IMG/VR virus record: IMGVR_UViG_3300009152_000005
Direction: 5' to 3' (one strand)
Length of the DNA: 64,000 nucleotides
Source: an uncultured virus (IMG/VR IMGVR_UViG_3300009152_000005)
Lineage: Duplodnaviria; Heunggongvirae; Uroviricota; Caudoviricetes
Under the pieces are notes generated by a model. That model had not been told where the DNA came from and did not search any database. It saw only the letters and a program-made list of their open reading frames with translations. A program made the translations under genes and the position numbers. Below are positions 55,135 through 63,076 of this stretch, in pieces. The first letter of the stretch is position 1, and the number at the start of each line of letters is the position of its first letter.

Positions 55135-55264
55135 GAGCCAACCCACCCCGTCAGTTGGTCCCCCGTCGACTTTAACGGTAACGACCGAGGGCTGTGTGCC
55201 TCAGGGCCGTGTCGGAGTCGTCAAGAGTAGTGGGCGTGGCACACTGGTCCGAGGCGACTGGCTC
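55135..55264 (-). ncRNA. candidate structured RNA
   Basis: Ends pair over about 14 bp using G-U on the minus strand; inner stems GTGTGCC/GGCACAC and GGTC..CCGT/ACGG..GACC. Confidence 0.4.
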
Positions 55265-55549
55265 TTTTTGCGCATTTGAGGGTTGGGAGACCCTCGAAAG
55301 CGACGCACTATAATGATTATATTCAATCATAGACGTGAATCAAATAACTTCCCTTACGATTTGTAGGCAGCTACCCTAGTTGGCTCAGTGGCTGCCTAAG
55401 CACTACTACGGTAAGGTAGTTTTCTAGTTTGAGTACGTCCTTGAGTCACTTGTGGCGTGTTGAGGCCCGCACTTCCGCTCAACCCGCCGTTGGAGGCGTG
55501 TTGAATTCATGCCACGGCCTCCGCGGTTGCGCTTCGAGGACCTCCACGC

Positions 55550-55924
55550 TCAACTCCCCGCCAGCTTTGGCAACACTGCATTGCGGTATCCCATGCGGCG
55601 CAGCCTCTCCGGAGACACCTTGGTGCTGTCGCGGTTGGAGGTCCGGGGAATGGCGAGCCGAAGAAACGTCGGCTGGTCGAGAGACGACACAAACCCAATC
55701 TCCCGCAGAGCGGCCTCTATCCGACTGAGGTGGTGGCACTTGGCCCAAGGGCGCTCCGACCGAAAAGCCACGCCCGTCGTCATCAGGCAAGCCCCCGAAC
55801 GCTCCGATACCCGACTGATGTAGCCTTCTCCGAAGTACGCCTTGGCGAAGTCCCGAAGCTCCTGCTGTCGAAAACGGAGGAGGGCCTCAAGCGTCGCCGG
55901 CTTTGGGAGGGATGACAGGGACAT
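55550..55924 (-). CDS. hypothetical protein
   Basis: 124-aa ORF overlapping the end of the TerS candidate. Confidence 0.5.
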   Translation of the reverse strand: MSLSSLPKPATLEALLRFRQQELRDFAKAYFGEGYISRVSERSGACLMTTGVAFRSERPWAKCHHLSRIEAALREIGFVSSLDQPTFLRLAIPRTSNRDSTKVSPERLRRMGYRNAVLPKLAGS

Positions 55925-56438
55925 GTGCCTTATCCGTCAGGGCGAAGGTTTGCTTCACAGCGGCTGCCAGAGCGTCGACATCGGCCGGGGGTGCGTCTTT
56001 GGTGCCTCCAGAGTCTCCAAGCGCCCTGTAGGTCATGTCCTGCGCGGTGGCGAGGGCCTTGGCGAGGTCGACCAACGGTTTGACCGTCCGCTTCATGCCG
56101 GTCTTGGTCGGTTCGGACGTGAACTCCTCCAAAGCGCCGTCCACGCTCTCGATTTCGTCCATCACCCGGGAAAGGATGGCGGACAGCCGGCGAGCGTGGA
56201 CGAGGTTGACGCCGCGGTTGGTCGTGACGACGTCCCGGTCTTCCTTGCCAAGGCCGCCTTCCTCAGCGAGGCGCCGAGCCCACTGGCCGACGTTGGCCAG
56301 CTCCAGCACCTCGACCAGCGTGATGCCGTGATGCGCTGCAACCCGTGCGGGGTTACCGAACGCCTGACGGTACGACTCCCAGATGCTGACTGGGTCGTTC
56401 CGCACTAGGTGCGCTGTCTTTTCGACTGGAAGCTCCAT
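55887..56438 (-). CDS. putative terminase small subunit
   Basis: N-terminal HTH-like segment (PARVAAHHGITLVEV...W), helical oligomerisation region, upstream of terL. Confidence 0.5.
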   Translation of the reverse strand: MELPVEKTAHLVRNDPVSIWESYRQAFGNPARVAAHHGITLVEVLELANVGQWARRLAEEGGLGKEDRDVVTTNRGVNLVHARRLSAILSRVMDEIESVDGALEEFTSEPTKTGMKRTVKPLVDLAKALATAQDMTYRALGDSGGTKDAPPADVDALAAAVKQTFALTDKAHVPVIPPKAGDA

Positions 56439-56613
56439 TGGCTGACCACCACTTTGCCCGCTCTTTGTCCCGGCGCAAGCGGTCGCTCTCCTTCAACAGC
56501 TTCTTTGCCTCGGCCGGAGCACCTGAAAAAAGGTCGTTCACCCCATTAACGTCAGGGCAGGAAAAGGGGTGGCCCCGCCACAATCGCCTTTTCAAGACTT
56601 GCCTAGAGACCAT
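56353..56613 (-). CDS. hypothetical protein
   Basis: First ATG after the AT-rich region, 86 aa. Confidence 0.35.
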   Translation of the reverse strand: MVSRQVLKRRLWRGHPFSCPDVNGVNDLFSGAPAEAKKLLKESDRLRRDKERAKWWSANGASSRKDSAPSAERPSQHLGVVPSGVR

Positions 56614-56730
56614 AAACGGTCTATCATTTCTATTACTATATAGAATTATACTAGTAATATATATTTTTTGATGTATATATAGAATAATAATAGGCATCTA
56701 TAGTAATGATAAATCATACAGTTTATGGTC
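56608..56730. repeat. AT-rich imperfect inverted repeat at the transcription divergence point
   Basis: gaccataaac / gtttatggtc ends with inner attactata / tatagtaat; core almost pure A/T. Confidence 0.75.
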
Positions 56731-57005
56731 CTACAGGACTTTTGGAAACAGGACAAAACCCATTTGCAACGACTTACGCAAGCTGCGAAGCCGTATATAG
56801 CGCCTATATCACCAGCAACCGTCTATCAGCACGACTATGACAATAACGACATACGTGGGATAATTGCCAGTTTGGCCCTCTATAGCCATCACACCCGTTT
56901 TATTGTCATGGACAAATCAAATCCTGTTTACGCCTCTCCGGGGTGGTCAAAAAGAACCATCACGCCGTGACGGCAGTCCGCCCTCTAAATCAAATTATTT
57001 CCCTC

Positions 57006-57034
57006 TTGACGCCGTTCCGCCACTCTGGCATACC
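57006..57034 (+). promoter_or_regulatory. leaderless promoter
   Basis: TTGACG-N17-CATACC-N7-ATG. Confidence 0.6.
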
Positions 57035-57041
57035 TCTCCCC

Positions 57042-57299
57042 ATGAAACATCGCAAGACCCTCCACATCGAAATCATCCGCACCCGCGCCAACGCTTTCTT
57101 GGCCAACAGCACCAACGACCAGACCGAGCAACGCAAGGCGTACCACGACCTCGCAGCGGGCCTCCTGTCGGAAGCCAACGCCTACTGCGGTTTCCGGTAC
57201 CTCACCGAGGCAGACGTCAAGTCGGGGCAGACCTTCGGCATCACTCACGGAAATCCGGCCCCCACTTTCCACGACGAGACCCGGACACAACTCCTGTGA
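57042..57299 (+). CDS. hypothetical early protein
   Basis: LL..ANAYCGFRYL motif. Confidence 0.65.
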   Translation: MKHRKTLHIEIIRTRANAFLANSTNDQTEQRKAYHDLAAGLLSEANAYCGFRYLTEADVKSGQTFGITHGNPAPTFHDETRTQLL

Positions 57300-57308
57300 T
57301 TTTTGTTG

Positions 57309-57337
57309 TTGACGTGTAAACGCCGCTGCCCCATTCT
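57309..57337 (+). promoter_or_regulatory. leaderless promoter
   Basis: TTGACG-N17-CATTCT-N6-ATG. Confidence 0.6.
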
Positions 57338-57343
57338 CCACCC

Positions 57344-57661
57344 ATGAAAACGAACGAGACCCGCACCGCCTCCCGCATCTACTACACCACCAAGCGCCAG
57401 AGCTTGTGGATTGCCGAGTTCCAGCCACTCAGCCCGAAGACCGGCCAGCCGTGGCAGGCCAGCCGCTACATCAAGGGCCACAACGCCTACCAGCTCGCGT
57501 TCTGGTCCGAGGACGAACCGCGCATCACGGAGGTCCTCTTCGGCGCGGTCCCGGCCTTTGAGGTCTGGTCCCTCAAGTACAACACCGTCATCACCGGTTT
57601 TTCGACCGAGGCCCTCGCATTGTCCGCCATCGCCGCCGAGAAAGCTCGCTCCGGCAAGTGA
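57344..57661 (+). CDS. hypothetical early protein
   Basis: 105-aa ORF, SPKTGQPWQA motif. Confidence 0.65.
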   Translation: MKTNETRTASRIYYTTKRQSLWIAEFQPLSPKTGQPWQASRYIKGHNAYQLAFWSEDEPRITEVLFGAVPAFEVWSLKYNTVITGFSTEALALSAIAAEKARSGK

Positions 57662-57673
57662 CCCCTTTTCCCC

Positions 57674-57871
57674 ATGAACATCATCTCCATTTCCCGCAAT
57701 CCGTTTGCACGCTCGAACACCGTCCGGCAGAAAGCCTCAGGGACCTGCGCTTGGTGCGGCCAGCCGGCGAAGTTCCGGTACGGCACCCACGCCGATGGCA
57801 TCACAACCCGGGCCTGCTGGCAGAAGCAAGTATTCTGCGGCCGGTGCTGCGAACGCACCTTCAACTCCTGA
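57674..57871 (+). CDS. small Zn-finger protein
   Basis: CAWCG...FCGRCC. Confidence 0.65.
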   Translation: MNIISISRNPFARSNTVRQKASGTCAWCGQPAKFRYGTHADGITTRACWQKQVFCGRCCERTFNS

Positions 57872-57878
57872 CCACACC

Positions 57879-58205
57879 ATGAAGCTCCTCGACAAGCTCC
57901 GCACCGACCTTGCCCTCATCGGCGCCACGCTGGATGACTCAGCGGATGGCTCCATCAACCTCGATGCGCCCTCCGGCTACGTCTGGCGGGCCAACGGATG
58001 CACGGCGTACCACATTCAGTTCGCCAACAGCCAAGGGCAGAGGTGGCTTGCCGAAGCTCTCCGTGTCGAGGCGCCGGCGCTCCGTCTTGGCCTCGACAAG
58101 GTGGCCGACCCGGAATCCTTGGCGGACCACCGGCACGAGCTTGGCGACGACGGCTGGGGTGCCGCGCCGGACGCACCAAACCACATCGACTGGCCGGCGA
58201 ATTGA
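57879..58205 (+). CDS. hypothetical early protein
   Basis: cacaccATG start, DAPSGYVW motif. Confidence 0.6.
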   Translation: MKLLDKLRTDLALIGATLDDSADGSINLDAPSGYVWRANGCTAYHIQFANSQGQRWLAEALRVEAPALRLGLDKVADPESLADHRHELGDDGWGAAPDAPNHIDWPAN

Positions 58206-58212
58206 TTTTCCC

Positions 58213-58383
58213 ATGAGACCATCCCCTATCCTCCTGCACGTTTTTCGCTACTGGCGCCAGACATCCGAGCGTTTTGTCGACACCCATGGTCGGGACTACG
58301 CGGACAACCTCGCCTACCGGATTGCCCGGCAGGCCCGTTTCCCAAGCTGCGCCTTCCCGAAGACCAAGCCGCGCCTGCCCTGA
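58213..58383 (+). CDS. hypothetical early protein
   Basis: 56-aa ORF filling the gap. Confidence 0.45.
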   Translation: MRPSPILLHVFRYWRQTSERFVDTHGRDYADNLAYRIARQARFPSCAFPKTKPRLP

Positions 58384-58392
58384 ACCCACACC

Positions 58393-58641
58393 ATGAAAAA
58401 CCTCATCACCCTCCAGAACATCGCCGTCGAGGCGATACTCGCCGCGCCCCAGAATGGCCCTCGCGCTGCGTCCTACCAGTTGTCCCTACTCAACCGACGT
58501 CCGAAGGTTGTCGGACGCGCCATGAGGCAATTTAAGCTCGCCTGCTGCGGACTCGGCTTTTCCCCGGAGCAGGCCGAACGGGCGTGGCAGGACGTCCGCG
58601 CCATGGCCTTGCTGGAAGACGGAGCCGAAGCCACCGCGTGA
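58393..58641 (+). CDS. hypothetical early protein
   Basis: 82-aa ORF, cacaccATG start. Confidence 0.6.
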   Translation: MKNLITLQNIAVEAILAAPQNGPRAASYQLSLLNRRPKVVGRAMRQFKLACCGLGFSPEQAERAWQDVRAMALLEDGAEATA

Positions 58642-58665
58642 ACTGAAACCCGAACCGGACACACC

Positions 58666-58983
58666 ATGCTACGCAAACTCAACTACCAAGCGGCCGACCG
58701 TGCTTTTCGCGGCCTGACCGAGGTCATCCCCACACTCCGGCAGAAACTCCTCCCGGACACCCTCCAAGGAGGTGCCGAGAACGCCCGGGAGCGGTTCGAC
58801 GAGGCCACGGAGCGGTGGCAGGCGTCCGAGGCTGGCCAAGACGAGGGAGAACGCCTCGGGCACTTTGAGGACGCCGCCTTCGAGGTGGACGAGGCGCTCA
58901 AGAGCCTGACCAAGGCCCTTGCCTCTCTCACCAAGCTCCAAGAGTGTGCCCCCGAAGGTGCTTTTGAAGCCCTGCCAAAATAA
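58666..58983 (+). CDS. hypothetical helical protein
   Basis: FDEATERWQASEAG motif. Confidence 0.65.
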   Translation: MLRKLNYQAADRAFRGLTEVIPTLRQKLLPDTLQGGAENARERFDEATERWQASEAGQDEGERLGHFEDAAFEVDEALKSLTKALASLTKLQECAPEGAFEALPK

Positions 58984-58996
58984 TTTGATTTAGGTC

Positions 58997-59025
58997 TCGA
59001 CGGCAGTCCGGCAACCCGCCAATCT
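58997..59025 (+). promoter_or_regulatory. leaderless promoter
   Basis: TCGACG-N17-CAATCT-N7-ATG. Confidence 0.55.
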
Positions 59026-59032
59026 CTCCCAC

Positions 59033-60232
59033 ATGGAAACCAAGTCCTTCGTCATCGCCACCGACCGCCTCTCCGCTCTGGAGAACAAAGTCGCAGTCCT
59101 CAACCGCCGCGCCAACAAGCTCGGCCTCACCCCGGTCAACTTCATCAAGTCGGCCCCGCGCCTCGTGGAGCTGTCCATCAAGCGCGGCCTCCGCAAGCCT
59201 GAGCTGGTCTGGGTCGAGGTCGTCGACGTGACGCTGTCCCTCGAAGTGCCCAAGCTCGCCGGCTGGCGTTTCGTCTGCACCATCCAACACACCCCCGAGG
59301 GCAACATCCTCCGGACGGTGCCCGGCGTTGAGGTCGACCTCACCGAGTACCGCCAAGGCCCGGCCCGGTGCGACCACTGCAACCTGTACCGGGACCGCAA
59401 TGACAGTTACGTCGTCTGCAACGAGTCCGGAGGACTAAAGCAGGTTGGCAAGTCCTGCCTCGCGGCCTTCACCGGTGCCGGCACGACGCCTGAAGCCCTC
59501 GCCCAGACGGCAGAATGGCTCACCACGGCTGCCGAGCTGTTCGACACGCCCGATGAGTCGAACCTCGATGCGGACGATGACCGCGCACCCAAGGAGTCTG
59601 GCTGCGCAATCGACACTTTTTTGGCCTACGTCGAGGTCGTCATCCGGAAGAAGGGGTTCGTCTCCCGCAAGCAGGCCCAAGAGAACTACGGCAGCTCGAC
59701 TTCGGATATTGCCGAGAACGCCGTCCGCACGCCCAATCAATGCGCCCCGTGGTTGACCGAGGACGCGCTCACCCCCGAGGTCTGCGCCTTCGCCAAAGCC
59801 GCCCGTGCGTTCGCCGCGGCCATCGTGCCGGCCTCCGACTTCGACCATAACCTGCGCACCATCGCACTGTCCGATGGCGTGCTGTACCGCAACCTCGGCC
59901 TCGCGGCGTACATCGTGCAGCACTACCGGAAGCACCTCACCGTGCAGGCTGAGGCCAAAGTCGCGGCGGCCCCGTCCGAACACTTCGGCCAACTCGGCGA
60001 GCGGTTGCGCAAGTTGTCCCTGACGTACCTTGGCTCCGCTTCGTTCGACAGCCAGTACGGCACCACCTTCATCCACCGCTTCCAAGCGGAGGCCGGCATC
60101 GCCATCTGGAAGACCAGCAACGATGGTGGCTTCAACGTGGGAGATATCTTCACGGCCGATGCCACGGTGAAGGAGCACACCGTCTGGAACGACCGCAAGC
60201 AGACCGCCCTGACCCGGGTCAAGGTGCTGTGA
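59033..60232 (+). CDS. conserved phage protein with Zn finger and C-terminal OB-fold-like domain
   Basis: CDHC..R.R...QVGKSCL; SEHFG..GER...TVKEH..W...KQT.LTR. Confidence 0.75.
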   Translation: METKSFVIATDRLSALENKVAVLNRRANKLGLTPVNFIKSAPRLVELSIKRGLRKPELVWVEVVDVTLSLEVPKLAGWRFVCTIQHTPEGNILRTVPGVEVDLTEYRQGPARCDHCNLYRDRNDSYVVCNESGGLKQVGKSCLAAFTGAGTTPEALAQTAEWLTTAAELFDTPDESNLDADDDRAPKESGCAIDTFLAYVEVVIRKKGFVSRKQAQENYGSSTSDIAENAVRTPNQCAPWLTEDALTPEVCAFAKAARAFAAAIVPASDFDHNLRTIALSDGVLYRNLGLAAYIVQHYRKHLTVQAEAKVAAAPSEHFGQLGERLRKLSLTYLGSASFDSQYGTTFIHRFQAEAGIAIWKTSNDGGFNVGDIFTADATVKEHTVWNDRKQTALTRVKVL

Positions 60233-60277
60233 TTTCCCCCGCTTGCGGCTACCGCATATACCCGTAGAATCAACACC

Positions 60278-60607
60278 ATGAAGACCATCAAAGTCCTCCT
60301 TTTCATGTGCGCTGGGCTGCCTCTTTTGGCGGCCACCGACAGCGACATCGCCGACGCGATATACCGCCTTGAAGGCGGGCCGAAGGCACGAGCGCCTTAC
60401 GGAATCTTGTCCCTGAAGGTGTCCAGCCCGGCGCAGGCCCGGCGGATTTGCATGAACACAATCCGCAACTCGCGCACCCGCTGGCTTGCCGCCGGGCGGC
60501 CCGGTGACGAGCTGGACTACTTGGCGGACCGGTACTGTCCACCGAGCGCGGACAAGGTCGGGAACGCAAGGTGGAAGCGCAACATCCACAAACTAGTGAA
60601 GCCCTGA
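60278..60607 (+). CDS. secreted lysozyme-like protein
   Basis: Signal peptide; AI...E; PYGI; LADRYCP...W.RNI. Confidence 0.55.
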   Translation: MKTIKVLLFMCAGLPLLAATDSDIADAIYRLEGGPKARAPYGILSLKVSSPAQARRICMNTIRNSRTRWLAAGRPGDELDYLADRYCPPSADKVGNARWKRNIHKLVKP

Positions 60608-60618
60608 CCCCCTTTTCC

Positions 60619-61200
60619 ATGAGCACCCTCGAACCAAAACGCTTCATCACCAAGGTCGTCCTCGCCAAAGGCCGCACCGCGTGGCACGTCCAGCTCGGCA
60701 TCCGCGGCCGGTGTGTCTACCTCGGCCGGTACGCCGAACTGGAGACCGCCTGCCTGTGCGCGGACTCCTCCTTCTACCATGCCGTCGTCGGCGGTTTCTA
60801 CGACCGCATCAAGGCGGAGGACCTCCAGCAGGCCCACTTCAACGACTGGGAAACCGCGAAGAAGTGGTTGGACAACTCCGAGTCCGCGCCGCCGATTCTG
60901 GAGCGCATGTTGGACTTCCTGCGCAAACTCCGGGACGGCCTGCCGCCGGGTGTCCAAGGTCGTCCGGCCATCAGGTCGGACTGCGCCTACAAGCGCCTGC
61001 CGCCCGAGGTCAAGCTCGAAATCGACAACCTCCGTCGTGACGTCGAAGCACTCAAATCCGCTGTGGCGCGTCTCCAGACCGAGTCCAAACCAATCTCGGA
61101 CTCGACTCCGGTTCGGCACCTCTTTTCCGCTGTTCCATCCTTGACCCCGTCCGCAGAATCTGCCACAAGTTCACCCATCACTGAAACCACAAACGTCTGA
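60619..61200 (+). CDS. AP2-like DNA-binding domain protein
   Basis: WHVQLGIRGRCVYLGRYAELETA...D; C-terminal coiled coil. Confidence 0.6.
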   Translation: MSTLEPKRFITKVVLAKGRTAWHVQLGIRGRCVYLGRYAELETACLCADSSFYHAVVGGFYDRIKAEDLQQAHFNDWETAKKWLDNSESAPPILERMLDFLRKLRDGLPPGVQGRPAIRSDCAYKRLPPEVKLEIDNLRRDVEALKSAVARLQTESKPISDSTPVRHLFSAVPSLTPSAESATSSPITETTNV

Positions 61201-61207
61201 ACATACC

Positions 61208-62986
61208 ATGAGCGCAACTACCCACGGTCCGGTCCCTCCGGGCTACATCAAACTGCCCGAAGGGGCGGTCATCCCCAAAATCGGCGCGGTCTTCTGGTCA
61301 AGCCGCGACTCGAAGTGGATTCCCTCCTCTCGTGGGGGCCTCGTGCATCCCGTCCACCACGCGTGCGACAATATCCACGTCCCGAGCAGCATCCCCATCG
61401 AGTACCCTCGGCCGCCGGTCCCCGAGGGTTTCACCATCGTCCCCACCGAGCAGGTCAAGCAGGGGTCCAAGTACGTCTATTGGTACCCCCACCGGCAACC
61501 CGACAAGTGGTCCGCACCGGCCATTGCCGCCCACGATTTTGTCCCGAATGCGTTCACGGTCCCGTTGTACGCCATCGCCAAGGAGCCCGCGTTCCCCGGC
61601 GTGCCGACACTCGTGCCTACCGGCTACCGCACTCTCCACTCGGATGAGAGTCACGAGGAGTTCGGCTTCAGGGTGTTCTCGGACGGCCAATGGAACAGCG
61701 AAGACCACTCGAAGTATTTGTCACACACCCACGACCGGGACCGCGTTGCGGTGCCCCTCGATTACAAAGCGCCGGCCAACTACCGTTTCGCCAAGCTCGG
61801 CGACCGCCTCGACGAACTCAGCCTGTATTGGTCCGCGGAGTCGAGTTGCTGGAAGGGCGTCACCACCCCGCGAGCGGTCGAAAACCGCCACGTCAACCGG
61901 CGTTGTTACGCGGTCCTGAAGCAACCAATAGCGGTACCGTTTGGGTACCGGTTGCGCACCCCTGCGCACCCCTTGCCCGGTGCGTGGTTGGAACTTGCCC
62001 CCGGGACGAAACACCAGTGGACATCGGTCTTCGGGTCCCCCGGCGGGCGGTCCAATTACGTCGTGGCGGTGCCCAGCACCCCGTTGCCGCCGGGATACCG
62101 GATTTGCCTCCCGGGCGAAGTCCTCGGCCGACAAAGTCTCATCCTCAGGGGTGCGTTGTGGGAGCCCGCATCGGACCACGCGGGACAACAAAATCGCGTT
62201 TTCCCCAACTTTGCGGCTCCGGTCACGGCTCCGGTCACGGCTCCGGAGTCCGCGCCGCCGATTTCGGATTGGTTTGACGCCGCCGGTGAGATAAACCCGA
62301 AATGGCTTGAGGCCAAGCTGGCGCCGGAGTCGCCAAAACCGCCCGCGGGTTACGTCAGCGTCAAGGTCGGCGAAGTCATCCCGGAGGGCGCCTTGTGGCG
62401 ACACTCCGCGAAGTCGTGGCTCCCGGCTGCCGCCATCGGGTCGAGGGCCGATGGCGGCAGCTCGTGGTGCCGGCCGGAAGCCACTTTTCCGGCCCCGCCG
62501 AGCCGTCCATGGCGCGCGGCTGACGTGGTCATCGGAGCCCAAGTGTTCCGCAGGGCATTGCCCCACGGCGACAGCAACCCTACGACGATTCTGGCGGTCA
62601 AGGGCGACGGGGTCTTGTTCGAGGACAACCTGACCGTCGCTAAGGGGGAAATCAAGTTGCCCCTCAAGGAGGTCGGACAAGGCGGCCTCTGGTACTCCTT
62701 CGAGGCGCTCGCCAACAACGGGTTCCTGCTGGCGGGCTCCGAGAAACCATGCCGCGTGGAAGAACAGTGGCACAACCCCAGCAACCTGACCGCGGAACAG
62801 GTCGGCCTCGCGGATGGGTGGCGGCTGCTGCTCAAGTCCGAGGTCGACGCCGGGAAGTTCGGTAGCAGCGACGAGTTCTGGCGAATCAGCACGGGCCGGT
62901 TTGAGCACGCCGGCTGCGCACCGGGAGGGTGTTATTGGTCGGGATTCGACACGGTGCGGACCAAGCAGCCGCTTCCCAAGCTCTGA
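61208..62986 (+). CDS. protein of tandem degenerate P-x-G-Y domains
   Basis: About eight repeats starting PPGY, PEGF, PTGY, PANY, PFGY, PPGY, PAGY, ADGW. Confidence 0.7.
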   Translation: MSATTHGPVPPGYIKLPEGAVIPKIGAVFWSSRDSKWIPSSRGGLVHPVHHACDNIHVPSSIPIEYPRPPVPEGFTIVPTEQVKQGSKYVYWYPHRQPDKWSAPAIAAHDFVPNAFTVPLYAIAKEPAFPGVPTLVPTGYRTLHSDESHEEFGFRVFSDGQWNSEDHSKYLSHTHDRDRVAVPLDYKAPANYRFAKLGDRLDELSLYWSAESSCWKGVTTPRAVENRHVNRRCYAVLKQPIAVPFGYRLRTPAHPLPGAWLELAPGTKHQWTSVFGSPGGRSNYVVAVPSTPLPPGYRICLPGEVLGRQSLILRGALWEPASDHAGQQNRVFPNFAAPVTAPVTAPESAPPISDWFDAAGEINPKWLEAKLAPESPKPPAGYVSVKVGEVIPEGALWRHSAKSWLPAAAIGSRADGGSSWCRPEATFPAPPSRPWRAADVVIGAQVFRRALPHGDSNPTTILAVKGDGVLFEDNLTVAKGEIKLPLKEVGQGGLWYSFEALANNGFLLAGSEKPCRVEEQWHNPSNLTAEQVGLADGWRLLLKSEVDAGKFGSSDEFWRISTGRFEHAGCAPGGCYWSGFDTVRTKQPLPKL

Positions 62987-63009
62987 CCGACGCGCAACAC
63001 CGAGAATCA

Positions 63010-63039
63010 GGCCGCCATGGGGAAAACCTCGTGGCGGCC
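63010..63039. terminator. 13-bp GC-rich hairpin before fcl
   Basis: ggccgccatgggg-aaaa-cctcgtggcggcc. Confidence 0.5.
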
Positions 63040-63076
63040 CTTCGAGGTGAAAGCACAACGCGTTTACACGATACAG

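Noticed and set aside
56608..56730. Protelomerase (hairpin telomere) site
   Set aside because: Palindrome is imperfect with a long asymmetric core, and no protelomerase gene is seen.
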